Source of the DNA: a virus
Lineage: Duplodnaviria > Heunggongvirae > Uroviricota > Caudoviricetes
Strand: one strand, 5' to 3'
IMG/VR virus record: IMGVR_UViG_2703718836_000001
Length of the DNA: 22,661 bases
The position numbers were made by a program, and so were the translations under genes. Below the pieces are notes generated by a model. It saw only the letters and a program-made list of their open reading frames with translations, searched no databases and was not told the origin of the DNA. This document shows, one piece after another, positions 10,188 through 18,973 of the stretch. Positions within the stretch are counted from its first letter, which is position 1. Every line of letters starts with the position of its first letter.

Positions 10188-10690
10188 CTGTGTCGTCGCT
10201 CCGGCTTCAGTGATTTACGCAATTCCCGCGCCAGAAAATAGCGTGTCCAGCTGCGGTTCTTTTCAAGCGTTTCCACCATGAAGTTATTACGTGGAGCCAG
10301 TCGCCAGCCGCTGCCACCGGATGCACCACGATGATGGCTGCGACGACGCTTTGCCCCTCGCCTCACGCCATAGAACAAAAAAGCCGGATAAAAATCACCG
10401 GTGATACGGCGGTTTCCCTCTCCATTACGCTGGTTAGGGGCTATACGTGCCATAAAACCAGGGCGATGTTTACTGGCTCTGGGTACCATGTAACCAATCG
10501 AACGAGCCAGGCGTCCGGTCTGATAACCGGGGTTTTCACCCGGTGCCGACCGCGCACGGCGCATCACCAGCCGACGGGCATCACGCATATGACGCTGCCC
10601 AATCGTGACAAACGCCCGCCGGACACGGGCGCGGTTAAAGCGCATCTCGGCGGGCTGCTGAACATCAACGTGAAAAAAGGGAGTCGCCAT
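10184..10690 (-). CDS. Head-tail joining / tail completion protein (HK97 gp10-like)
   Basis: 168 aa, Arg-rich, contains the TGRLARSI motif characteristic of the gp10-like family. Confidence 0.55.
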   Translation of the reverse strand: MATPFFHVDVQQPAEMRFNRARVRRAFVTIGQRHMRDARRLVMRRARSAPGENPGYQTGRLARSIGYMVPRASKHRPGFMARIAPNQRNGEGNRRITGDFYPAFLFYGVRRGAKRRRSHHRGASGGSGWRLAPRNNFMVETLEKNRSWTRYFLARELRKSLKPERRHR

Positions 10691-11075
10691 TGCTGCCTCC
10701 GTGACTCTGCCTACATTCGCCCAGCTCCGTACACTCCAGCAGCAGAAAGCGCCGCGCCCCGTTCAGATCGCGCTGACGTTTCACCCGGTACACACTGTCA
10801 CCGCAGACCACCTCATAATCAGCGGTGATCCCCCGGCGGTAACGAATGGTGATGTAATGGGTGATGGCGTCCCCGGTCTGCGCGGTTTCCTGCCAGGTGG
10901 TGGCACTGGTCTGGATAACCTTCGCCCATGTCCGGAACGTAACCGGGTATTGAGGCTCCACGCTAAAGTTATCCGCGGGCATATCCACCCGCAGGCGGAT
11001 CAGGACGCGTTTATTCAGTTCACCGGGGTCCGGCAGAATGTAGGTTGCGCTGGTCTGCGCCTGACGAATTTTCAT
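10665..11075 (-). CDS. Head-tail adaptor / head closure protein (HK97 gp7-like)
   Basis: 136 aa; position after the gp6-like connector; pattern ...THYITIRYRRGI... typical of the family. Confidence 0.6.
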   Translation of the reverse strand: MKIRQAQTSATYILPDPGELNKRVLIRLRVDMPADNFSVEPQYPVTFRTWAKVIQTSATTWQETAQTGDAITHYITIRYRRGITADYEVVCGDSVYRVKRQRDLNGARRFLLLECTELGECRQSHGGSNGDSLFSR

Positions 11076-11395
11076 TGCGGAAAGTACCTGTACGGGCCGA
11101 CAAGCCAGCCAAAACTCTGCGGCATGTCGAGTTTCTCCACTTCCGTAACCGACGAGCGGTTTTCGTAAAAATGGCTGATAAGCATCAGCATCCCCAGACG
11201 AATATCATCCGGCAGGTGCAGTCCGTCCGGGTCGCTGTCCGGAATGGTTTCATCCGGTGCATAGAGCTTCCGGTTCAGATACGTTTCCGTCCGCTTTTGC
11301 GCCGCACAGGCCAGCAGTTGCAGATGGCGGTCATCAGCATCGAAATCCTCATCCAGCCGGAGTTGGGCTTTAATCTCTTCCATTGTCAGAAGCAT
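11072..11395 (-). CDS. Head-tail connector protein (gp6-like)
   Basis: 107 aa; N-terminal MEEIKAQLRLDEDFDADDRHLQLL pattern of gp6-like connectors. Confidence 0.65.
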   Translation of the reverse strand: MLLTMEEIKAQLRLDEDFDADDRHLQLLACAAQKRTETYLNRKLYAPDETIPDSDPDGLHLPDDIRLGMLMLISHFYENRSSVTEVEKLDMPQSFGWLVGPYRYFPQ

Positions 11396-11397
11396 AC

Positions 11398-11598
11398 TCA
11401 GCCCTCTTTACTGGTCGTGGCTTTTTTCTCTTTTGTCGCTTTACTGCTTTTTGCACTGGTTCCGCGCTCTGCTAACCCGGCCTGAAGTGCAATCTCCTGC
11501 ACCCGGGCAGGAAGCGCCCCGTCGTCATACTCACCGGCCCGAATGACCTCAACACGCATACCGTCCGGTGACCATTTCAGATCTTGTTTCAGGATCAT
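11398..11598 (-). CDS. Hypothetical small protein with Lys/Ser/Thr-rich C-terminal tail
   Basis: 66-aa ORF with ATG start between the major capsid and connector genes; no family recognised. Confidence 0.4.
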   Translation of the reverse strand: MILKQDLKWSPDGMRVEVIRAGEYDDGALPARVQEIALQAGLAERGTSAKSSKATKEKKATTSKEG

Positions 11599-11612
11599 GA
11601 TTCTTCACCCGT

Positions 11613-11636
11613 CAGAACAGGGGGCGCGGTTCCGCG
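11613..11636 (-). terminator. GC-rich stem-loop downstream of the major capsid gene (attenuator or stabilising hairpin)
   Basis: Perfect inverted repeat GGGGCGCG / CGCGCCCC around a 4-nt loop, 12 nt after the capsid stop; no clear U-tract, so probably not a full terminator. Confidence 0.35.
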
Positions 11637-11647
11637 CCCCTGAGTGA

Positions 11648-12853
11648 TTACGCCGCTGCAATCTTCAGCAGTTTGATGGCCTGCGAATCGACCAGCATCC
11701 CGCCGGTGCGCTTGGTGGTATAAAAACCGACAAACGGTTTATTGGTGTACGGGTCACGCAGAATGCGGGTGCCGATACGGTCAACGATGGTGTAACCCCG
11801 TTTGAAGTTACCAAATGCAATGGCTTTCGCATCAGCGGCGATATCCGGCATCTGTTCGTTTTCAGCGATACCGTAACCCGCCAGAGAGGACGGCTGCCCC
11901 AGTTCCAGCCCCGGACGCCACAGATAGTTACCCTCGGTGTCTTTCAGCAGACGGATGGCAAACAGGCTGTTGTTGTTCATCATGAACTTCGCGCCAGTGC
12001 GGTGTGCCTTACGCAGCGTGTAAATCAGTTTGATAATGGCGTCTGCGGTCACCGCGGTCGCTTCGCCGGATACAATATGCTGAAGTTTGCCGAACGCCCG
12101 GACCTTGTCGGTTTCATCAGTGGATTCATACGCCAGGAACCCTTTCGGCTTCTTGGTGCCATCGCCTGAGGTAAAGGCAATTTCTTCCTGTTCGGCAAAT
12201 TCGGTTGCCAGCTCGCTGTTGATCCAGGCCTCCACGTTGAAGAAGGCATCGTCCAGCATTTTCTGGGTAGCCTGCGGGTTGCCGTAGATTTCCCCCATGA
12301 GAGGTTCAATCAGCTCCAGTCTGGAGGTGGCAGTCTGGGATCGCGTATCCGTTTCCCCCACCCATCCGGAAGCCGTACCGCCCAGATTCACCAGTTTTTT
12401 GTAGTCGGAACCGCCAACGGTGATCACCGTGGCTTCCTGACGCATCACCACTTCATCTTTCAGCAGGTTAAGAATGTTGCGATCCAGTGCTTCCGGCACG
12501 GCGTAGCCACCGTCTTCATCGGTACCCACCTGCAATGCCTTACGCTCCAGATCGCGCAGACCGTCTTCACGGCCTTTACGCAGGAAGCCCACAAACGCCT
12601 CTTTATGCTCGGTGGCCAGTTTATTTTGCGCTCCACCTGCCGGACGTTTCAGCTCAAGCAGCTCTTTTTCAAGGTCGCTTTTGAGATTTTCCAGCTCGCT
12701 GAGTTTCCCGTTCAGGGTTTCCACCTGCCCGGCAAGCTTGCCTTTTTCCTGCTCAATCGCATCAACGCGCTTGTCGTTCTTTGCTTTGAAGTCGTCAAAC
12801 TTCTGCTGCAGCTCCTGCGCGACCTGTTCGACATCTTTAATATCAACCGCCAT
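11648..12853 (-). CDS. Major capsid protein, HK97 family, with N-terminal coiled-coil delta/scaffold domain
   Basis: 401 aa; charged heptad-rich first ~100 aa (KFDDFKAKNDKRVDAIEQEKGKLAGQVETLNGKLSELENLKSDLEKELLELK) then capsid domain; follows the prohead protease. Confidence 0.9.
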   Translation of the reverse strand: MAVDIKDVEQVAQELQQKFDDFKAKNDKRVDAIEQEKGKLAGQVETLNGKLSELENLKSDLEKELLELKRPAGGAQNKLATEHKEAFVGFLRKGREDGLRDLERKALQVGTDEDGGYAVPEALDRNILNLLKDEVVMRQEATVITVGGSDYKKLVNLGGTASGWVGETDTRSQTATSRLELIEPLMGEIYGNPQATQKMLDDAFFNVEAWINSELATEFAEQEEIAFTSGDGTKKPKGFLAYESTDETDKVRAFGKLQHIVSGEATAVTADAIIKLIYTLRKAHRTGAKFMMNNNSLFAIRLLKDTEGNYLWRPGLELGQPSSLAGYGIAENEQMPDIAADAKAIAFGNFKRGYTIVDRIGTRILRDPYTNKPFVGFYTTKRTGGMLVDSQAIKLLKIAAA

Positions 12854-12867
12854 CGTATTTCTCCTGA

Positions 12868-13554
12868 TTAGAAGTTCAGATTTTTCAGTGCATTCAGTGC
12901 AGTGCCCACATCCTCAGCGTCGCGCAGGGACAGTGCGCCATAGCCCCCGGCCATGAATGCTTTGGCCTGGGTACGGGAGAGTCCGACATCACGCAGGACT
13001 CTTTCGATTTTTTTTTGTTCGGGGATTTCCCCGCGGGCCAGTGCGTTCTTGACGTCGCTGATCCGCGCCTCGTCGTTAGACGGGAACGTCACCAGGCTGA
13101 CTTCCCAGAGGTCGATTTCTTTCAGCAGAAAGGCTTCTTTGCTCCGGTCGTATTCCCAGTCTTTCAGGACGTACCCAATAGAAAGGCCGGTTAACGAACC
13201 GGCCTTCATGTGTGCATGTGCGCGTTTTGCGAGGGGATCATCATCAATAAGCAACCGTCCCCTGACGTAAAGCCCGACATCGTCTTCCTTCATTTCGGTG
13301 TAAACACCGATGGGCTCATCCATGCGGTGCTGCCAGAGCAGCGCAGGTAACGCTTTTCTGTCACTCCACGCCCGCAGGGAAGCAGCAAATGCCCCGGACA
13401 TCACCACATCATCGTGGCTGTCCTTTACACCAAAGACGGAGCCATACCCTTCAAACTCACCGGAGTCACTGACAGATTTCAGACTCAGCGGTACATCAAG
13501 ACGTTGTTTCGTCTGCATTGGCGTTATCCTTCTGCTTACCGGCTTTACTGCCAT
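12868..13554 (-). CDS. Prohead protease (HK97 family, S78-like)
   Basis: 228 aa; position between portal and capsid; N-terminal region typical of HK97 prohead proteases. The real start may be the internal Met at about 13518. Confidence 0.85.
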   Translation of the reverse strand: MAVKPVSRRITPMQTKQRLDVPLSLKSVSDSGEFEGYGSVFGVKDSHDDVVMSGAFAASLRAWSDRKALPALLWQHRMDEPIGVYTEMKEDDVGLYVRGRLLIDDDPLAKRAHAHMKAGSLTGLSIGYVLKDWEYDRSKEAFLLKEIDLWEVSLVTFPSNDEARISDVKNALARGEIPEQKKIERVLRDVGLSRTQAKAFMAGGYGALSLRDAEDVGTALNALKNLNF

Positions 13555-14737
13555 CGGAGGGTTTCGTGGTCATGTTCATCGGTGTGAGATAGACATCACC
13601 ACCGGGACGCGGATTCATATCTTCCAGGTCGCGGCAGTCATTGGGAGAGTAAATTCCCCAGTTGATCCCGGTGGCGTAGGCTTCAAAACGGGACTTCATA
13701 TCCCCGCGCAGTAACGCCCCGGCGTTAAATTTGGCGTAATAAACGCCCTGCTTACTTTTTCGTACCAGTCCGGTGTTGATCCGCTGTTCAATGCGGGTCA
13801 GATACGGCACCAGTGAATAGTTGATAAATCCCAGCCCCAGCTCTTCGATATTGTTGAAGGTGGCGCGATCGGTGTTCTGCACCATGTGCAACGGCACCCG
13901 GAACAGACGACAGATTTCTTCAAGCTGAAACTTGCGGGTTTCCAGGAACTGGCTGTCCTCGGCGTTCAGCGCCATCGACTTCCAGTCCAGCCCCATCTCA
14001 AGGATCATCGGGCGGTGAGCATTGCCAAGCCCGGTGTGACGCTCCTCAAAATCTTTCTTCAGGCGCTCATAAGCCTGATCTGACAGCGTCTGCTCTGTAC
14101 GCAACACACCCGACGTCACCGCACCATTGCTGAACAGTCTGGCCCCGTGCTCTTCGGTCGCTGCCGCCAGAGATATTGCCTCGCGGGCATAGGCGATGGG
14201 ATTCAGCCCCACCAGTCCGTCCAGCGTCAGCGTGCGCACATGCCAGATATCCTCCTGGCTCAGTACATCCGTGGAGCCATCCGGGAATGTGACCTGATAG
14301 ACCGGCTCCCAGCTACTGTTAAGCTTCGGTACCACACAGCCGGGATCGACGGGCAGCAGTTCAGCCACTTCGCCAAATGCTTTCACTTTGTAGGCGTAAA
14401 AGTTTCCCCGCAGGCACAGACAGGTGACCACCAGCTCCCAGAACTCCTGCGGCGTCATATAGCCATTGGGATGCGTGGAGATCAGCTTATGCAGACGTTC
14501 GCCGGTGGCTCTCTGCTTCAGGCTGCCGTTCAGGTGATACAGGTTGCAGGGCAACATCCCGACCGACTCCGCCAGCACCCTGACACAGGAAAAAACCGCC
14601 GTCAGTCGCATGGCCCGCTGGCTGCTGATCTGCTTTCCGGTATAGGTGTCGTAGGACAACCCGATAGCATCCGCCAGCTCTGCTGGCGTGGTCACCGGTG
14701 CGTCACTTTTTCGTTGAAATAATCCCGAAAAGAACAC
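13496..14737 (-). CDS. Portal protein (HK97 family)
   Basis: 413 aa; position after TerL; apparent GTG start overlapping the stop of the upstream small ORF. Confidence 0.85.
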   Translation of the reverse strand: MFFSGLFQRKSDAPVTTPAELADAIGLSYDTYTGKQISSQRAMRLTAVFSCVRVLAESVGMLPCNLYHLNGSLKQRATGERLHKLISTHPNGYMTPQEFWELVVTCLCLRGNFYAYKVKAFGEVAELLPVDPGCVVPKLNSSWEPVYQVTFPDGSTDVLSQEDIWHVRTLTLDGLVGLNPIAYAREAISLAAATEEHGARLFSNGAVTSGVLRTEQTLSDQAYERLKKDFEERHTGLGNAHRPMILEMGLDWKSMALNAEDSQFLETRKFQLEEICRLFRVPLHMVQNTDRATFNNIEELGLGFINYSLVPYLTRIEQRINTGLVRKSKQGVYYAKFNAGALLRGDMKSRFEAYATGINWGIYSPNDCRDLEDMNPRPGGDVYLTPMNMTTKPSDGSKAGKQKDNANADETTS

Positions 14738-14919
14738 TATTTACCTCCGCCGACAGACGGCTGTGTACGGTCGAGATATCGCGCCACCAGCCACGACCAG
14801 AACAGGCACAGCCCCCCGGCAACAATAAAACCCGCCGGGGGATAAATCAGCCAGGCTCCATACGCCAGCAAAAGCGCACCCAGCACGCCCACCAGTGGCG
14901 CGAGAATTATCAGAAACAT
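14737..14919 (-). CDS. Small hydrophobic (predicted 2-TM) membrane protein
   Basis: 60 aa [60 protein letters not shown]; ATG at 14919 with GAGG RBS 5 nt upstream; packed between TerL stop and portal start. Confidence 0.5.
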   Translation of the reverse strand: MFLIILAPLVGVLGALLLAYGAWLIYPPAGFIVAGGLCLFWSWLVARYLDRTQPSVGGGK

Positions 14920-14930
14920 AATGACCTCGG

Positions 14931-16664
14931 TTAAAGCGAGCGGATCCCATAGGACTCAATGTGGTCAGACAGCGTGTCTTCTTTCTCGTACAGCATGGCT
15001 CTGCCAACCGCCATAATCAGCGCAACTGCACCATCGATTTTGTTTTCCGCCTGCTCTTTGACGGGCTTCACCACATCATCGTTACCCGGAATGGTTTTGC
15101 CGACCACGTTGCCGATACACCAGGTCATGATGGGATTGCCATCATGATGAAAGCGCCCCGATTCAATTGCCGCTTCCAGCTCTTTCATCGGGTCGGACAT
15201 GTTGGTGTAGTTCTGAATGATAGTGATGGGGTTCAGGTCTTCATCAGCAAGGTCATGTGACAACCCGGTCGCCCCGAAGGGGTCGATGGGTGACTCACTG
15301 ACCGGGCTGATTTTGTTCGCCGCTTTGGCCTCCTCGAGGATGTAGCGATAATCCACCTCCGCACCATCGGTAACGGTCAGAACGCCCATTTCCACCCATT
15401 TCTGAAAGCGTTCGGCTGTCCGTCGATCTTCATTTTTCTCGACGCTGTACACCGTGTCATACGGTACCCAGAAACGCGGGGCCACACTGTAGTAATGCGT
15501 TTTACCGTCAATCTCGCGGGTATAAAGTCGCGCCATGCTGTTCATATCCAGCTTACGCGCCAGGTCAAAGGCCAGAATGCACGGCTGCCCCTCGAACTGC
15601 TCAAGGGTCAGTGATTTATCCTCGCAGCTCTGCCAGCTCACCAGGTTGAAATACGCCGAACGCGCCGACACCCAGATATTGAGGTGTTTTGTTTTAAAGA
15701 CGTTTGCCAGACGGGCGTTATTTTTCGCACGCTGCTGCTGACTTAACAAAAATTCGCGATAAACCGACACGCCAATATTTGGATTGGCTTTTTCCAGCAC
15801 CTGCGGGTCGGTCCAGTCGTCACCTTCATCAACGGTATAGATGATCCCGAACAGTTCATCATTAGGCACCGAGCCGTTGAGCATCTCGATTACTTCCCGC
15901 CGTTTGTCGTAGCACGGCCCCTCAATGTTGTACCCGGCGGTAGTGATAGCCCACATCAGTGGCTGACGTCGCGCCCCCATCCCGGTAAGCATCGTGGTGT
16001 AAAGCGCATCTGTGGCGTGCTCGTGATATTCATCCACCACCGCACAGTGGGGTGATGAACCATCACCGGGGTTACCGATCAGCGGTTCAAAACGCGCACC
16101 ATCCTCCGGACGGTTCATGTTTGAGGCGTTAACCTCAATCCCGAACGCTTCCGTCAGCATGGGTGTGCGTTTACACATCAGTCTTGCCGGACGAAAGACT
16201 TCCCATGCCTGTTTCTCCGTCGTGGCACCGGAATACACTTCCGCGCCGAACTCGTTATCACAGGCAAAACAATACAGGGCGACACCGGCAGAGATTGCCG
16301 ATTTGCCGTTCTTACGGGGGATTTCGGTATACACCTCCCGGAAGCGGCGCAGCCGGGAGCCTTTATTGACCCAGCCAAACGCGCAGCAGATCACAAAGAG
16401 CTGCCACGGCTCCAGCGTGATGGGCATCCTCTTAAATGCCCACTCACCCTTGGTGTGCGGCAACAGCTGAATAAATTTGGCGGCCCGTTCAGCCAGGTCC
16501 TTGTCGAAGCGGTAACGAAACGACTTACTTTTTTCCGCCATCAGGTCATCAAGATGGCGCTGGCAGGCCTGAATCACAAACTGGCAGGCCACAATCTTTC
16601 CGCGCACGACATCCCGGGCATACTGATTGGCAGCATTTACGTTGGGGTAAGATTTCCGGCTCAT
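14931..16664 (-). CDS. Terminase large subunit
   Basis: 577 aa; Walker A-like IPRKNGKSA; ATGA overlap with the TerS stop. Confidence 0.9.
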   Translation of the reverse strand: MSRKSYPNVNAANQYARDVVRGKIVACQFVIQACQRHLDDLMAEKSKSFRYRFDKDLAERAAKFIQLLPHTKGEWAFKRMPITLEPWQLFVICCAFGWVNKGSRLRRFREVYTEIPRKNGKSAISAGVALYCFACDNEFGAEVYSGATTEKQAWEVFRPARLMCKRTPMLTEAFGIEVNASNMNRPEDGARFEPLIGNPGDGSSPHCAVVDEYHEHATDALYTTMLTGMGARRQPLMWAITTAGYNIEGPCYDKRREVIEMLNGSVPNDELFGIIYTVDEGDDWTDPQVLEKANPNIGVSVYREFLLSQQQRAKNNARLANVFKTKHLNIWVSARSAYFNLVSWQSCEDKSLTLEQFEGQPCILAFDLARKLDMNSMARLYTREIDGKTHYYSVAPRFWVPYDTVYSVEKNEDRRTAERFQKWVEMGVLTVTDGAEVDYRYILEEAKAANKISPVSESPIDPFGATGLSHDLADEDLNPITIIQNYTNMSDPMKELEAAIESGRFHHDGNPIMTWCIGNVVGKTIPGNDDVVKPVKEQAENKIDGAVALIMAVGRAMLYEKEDTLSDHIESYGIRSL

Positions 16665-17155
16665 GATTCGATAATTTTCAGAAACGGGTTAGTGGCTTTC
16701 TTCTTCCCCGCAAGGCCAATCAGACGCTGGCGGCTGCTGGGGTCGAGTCCGAGCATTGCCCCCGTACTGCTCATCTCGGACTCCTGTTCTTTTTTGGCGG
16801 TCAGCTCCGGATTTTTGACCATACCGCCCATTGCACCGGTGATGGTGTTGCCCTGTCTGGCAATATTTTTCACGGCACGTCGCCAGAACTCGTAGGCCAC
16901 GCACCACCGCTCAAGCACCGCGAGGTCAGTCACGCACAGCAGGCCCTGACCGCAGAGTTCTTTAGTTGTCAGTTGCCACATGATCGTAGCGAGAGGGAGA
17001 TCTTCTTCAGCGAACCACTCCGGTGGCTCAACACCTTTGATGGGCGTAAAAACAGGTTCATCTTTATTCAGGGCTCGCTTGCCGGGGTTTCCGGCCAGCG
17101 CCTTGCGCGCCGTTGGCTTGGGGCGACGCCCGGAACGCCCCGCCGTTCCAGCCAT
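16661..17155 (-). CDS. Terminase small subunit (P27 family)
   Basis: N-terminal [29 protein letters not shown] motif; ORF track start at 17164 is GTG, while the ATG at 17155 has an AGGAG RBS about 10 nt upstream. Confidence 0.8.
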   Translation of the reverse strand: MAGTAGRSGRRPKPTARKALAGNPGKRALNKDEPVFTPIKGVEPPEWFAEEDLPLATIMWQLTTKELCGQGLLCVTDLAVLERWCVAYEFWRRAVKNIARQGNTITGAMGGMVKNPELTAKKEQESEMSSTGAMLGLDPSSRQRLIGLAGKKKATNPFLKIIES

Positions 17156-17164
17156 ATGCGGCAC

Positions 17165-17280
17165 TCCTGGTTAAATTTCATTTTTCGCGGGTATAAAAAA
17201 ACGATGGGGCGGGCAGTCCGGAAGACGTCAGGTCACAGAGATTTGACCCGCCCCTCCCCTCAGACAGTTGAGAGTTATTA
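17165..17280. other. Candidate cos / packaging recognition region
   Basis: Non-coding gap between HNH and TerS, the position of cos in HK97-like phages; contains GGGGCGGG (17204-17211) and its reverse complement CCCGCCCC (about 17248-17255). Confidence 0.3.
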
Positions 17281-17631
17281 TCACTTAAGCCGTTCACGGG
17301 CCGTCTTCGCCTTATGGCACGGCCAGCACAGACTCTGCAGATTACTGTCGGCATCAGTGCCGCCATGTGCTTTAGGGATGATGTGGTCAACGGTTTTCGC
17401 TTCACGCGCCACACCAGCACGCAGACATAACTGACAAAGGCCTTTGTCACGTTGCAGCACACGCACGCGAATAACATCCCACTTAGAACCATAACCGCGC
17501 TGATGACGGGATTGTCCTGGCTTGTATTGCTTCCAGCCCTCGCTTTTGTGGCTTTCGCAGTAGCCTGACGGGTCTGTGGTGGTATGGCGGCAGCCACGAA
17601 CGCGGCAGGCTTTTGGGGTTCGTGGGGGCAT
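17281..17631 (-). CDS. HNH endonuclease (terminase-associated, HK97 gp74-like)
   Basis: 116 aa with Cys/His motifs CRVRGC...C..H, DHIIPKAHGG, N...LCWPCH; directly upstream of cos and TerS. Confidence 0.85.
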   Translation of the reverse strand: MPPRTPKACRVRGCRHTTTDPSGYCESHKSEGWKQYKPGQSRHQRGYGSKWDVIRVRVLQRDKGLCQLCLRAGVAREAKTVDHIIPKAHGGTDADSNLQSLCWPCHKAKTARERLK

Positions 17632-17644
17632 TGGACACTATCGT

Positions 17645-17672
17645 TGCTTATGTTTATAAAAAAAGCCCTGCT
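17645..17672 (-). terminator. Intrinsic terminator after the small acidic ORF
   Basis: Stem GCCCTGC / GCAGGGC (17655-17672) with loop TTAC, followed on the minus strand by a 7-nt U-tract (plus A-run 17648-17654). Confidence 0.5.
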
Positions 17673-17710
17673 TACGCAGGGCATAAAAACTCAATATTGA
17701 TACTATGAAT

Positions 17711-17941
17711 CTATTCCAAATCCCAACGTGGAATATTTATTATCTTACCAGGAGTTAAGGAAAATTTGGCTTTCTTCAATATCTCAACATTAGCATCATC
17801 AGGAATCACTAAGAAGTACGAATAGTGCATTTCTCCAGAATTCCCATGATTCTCCTGAATATCATCTTCGCTAACTCCCGACGCTTCAAGCTCATCAACT
17901 GTGAGTCCTAAATAATCAGCTAGCTTTTGTATATCAATCAT
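17711..17941 (-). CDS. Hypothetical small acidic protein (orphan, AT-rich)
   Basis: 76 aa, about 15 Asp/Glu; ATG at 17941 with GAGGTG RBS 4 nt upstream; followed by its own terminator. Confidence 0.5.
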   Translation of the reverse strand: MIDIQKLADYLGLTVDELEASGVSEDDIQENHGNSGEMHYSYFLVIPDDANVEILKKAKFSLTPGKIINIPRWDLE

Positions 17942-18240
17942 TAATCACCTCACATATCAACGATGAGGCATCATCATCACACACTCTAGCAAAAGCTTCA
18001 ACTTATTGTTATTATTAAAATAATTCTATACAAATTACATCTAATGTATATCCTATGATACGATAGATGCGAATATTAATGACAAACAACCATCGTATTT
18101 CTCTGAAAAATGGCAAGTATCACTCATTATTCCCCATGCATCTATGTACTCTGTTCATGGTCAAGCCATAACTATATTTAATGCAAGAATACGGAAAGTT
18201 AAACAAATAAACGTTGATACACTAACATTCCACAAACTAG

Positions 18241-18534
18241 TTATACTAATGAAGTAGGCAATTCTTCCTCTGAAATTCCCAATACTCTCCTATCGGCCCG
18301 CAATTTTGCTATAGCGCACACTTCACTATAAGATGGTGCGGAGTTCTCAGGATAAAGTACATACTCAAAATGCGGCGGAGGATTGAATATTAAAACTGAA
18401 TACCCAGCTTCTTGAAGGATATTTTGGACGATTGAATAATAAGGTCTACGCTCATCAAACCAATAACATCCATTCCTTTCTATTGACACGATTGCTTTTT
18501 TTGCGTGCTTCTTATAAACCCATGCCTTATCCAT
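18241..18534 (-). CDS. Hypothetical protein (orphan, AT-rich)
   Basis: 97-aa ORF; weak RBS; two CTACGTA motifs just upstream; no family recognised. Confidence 0.4.
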   Translation of the reverse strand: MDKAWVYKKHAKKAIVSIERNGCYWFDERRPYYSIVQNILQEAGYSVLIFNPPPHFEYVLYPENSAPSYSEVCAIAKLRADRRVLGISEEELPTSLV

Positions 18535-18682
18535 ATCCTGTCAAAAATCTCTCTACGTAATTGAACAATAACACTACGTAGTAGTCATACACCAGAATAT
18601 CTAACATATCAATCCAGCAACATTTAATTATTTTAACTTAATATGAAAAAGTCTTCAGTGATTATAATTTCACACCTATATA

Positions 18683-18973
18683 TCAATTCAGTAACTTTTC
18701 AGAGCCTGTGGCCAGTCTTTGGACACGCTGTTGTTGGACAATAGCTCGAATATGAGACTTGTCCGTATTACATTGCCCTAATGCAGATAACAAGCTCGCA
18801 TTTAAGTTGAGACTTGCACCATACGTCAGAGGGTCTGGTATGAGCGGTATAGGTGTTTCAGAAATCAAACTAGTTGGTAGTGGTGTAACCGGAGTGCTCA
18901 CGTAAACTGTCCGCGTACTTCCGCAACCGATCAGCAGCGGCAGCAGGCACAGGACGTGAAGCACAATCATCAT
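18683..18973 (-). CDS. Rz1-like o-spanin (outer-membrane lipoprotein)
   Basis: From the internal Met of ORF 18683..19141: MMIVLHVLCLLPLLIGCGS... (hydrophobic signal plus lipobox-like LIGC), Pro-rich mature part; starts inside the Rz gene in another frame. Exact start uncertain (a TTG two codons upstream is possible). Confidence 0.55.
   Translation of the reverse strand: MMIVLHVLCLLPLLIGCGSTRTVYVSTPVTPLPTSLISETPIPLIPDPLTYGASLNLNASLLSALGQCNTDKSHIRAIVQQQRVQRLATGSEKLLN

Noticed and set aside
9651-10241. 196-aa plus-strand ORF
   Set aside because: Entirely antisense to the gp37-like and gp10-like genes inside a unidirectional late operon; no RBS or motif; GC-rich antisense frames often stay open by chance.
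14147-14722. 191-aa plus-strand ORF
   Set aside because: Antisense within the portal gene; same reasoning.
17178-17684. 168-aa minus-strand ORF overlapping the HNH gene in another frame
   Set aside because: The HNH frame carries the conserved Cys/His motifs; this frame spans the terminator hairpin and the candidate cos interval, so it is unlikely to be translated.
18535-18540. TTGACA hexamer (minus strand) as a -35 promoter element
   Set aside because: It lies immediately next to the start codon of ORF 18241..18534, so it cannot serve as that gene's promoter.
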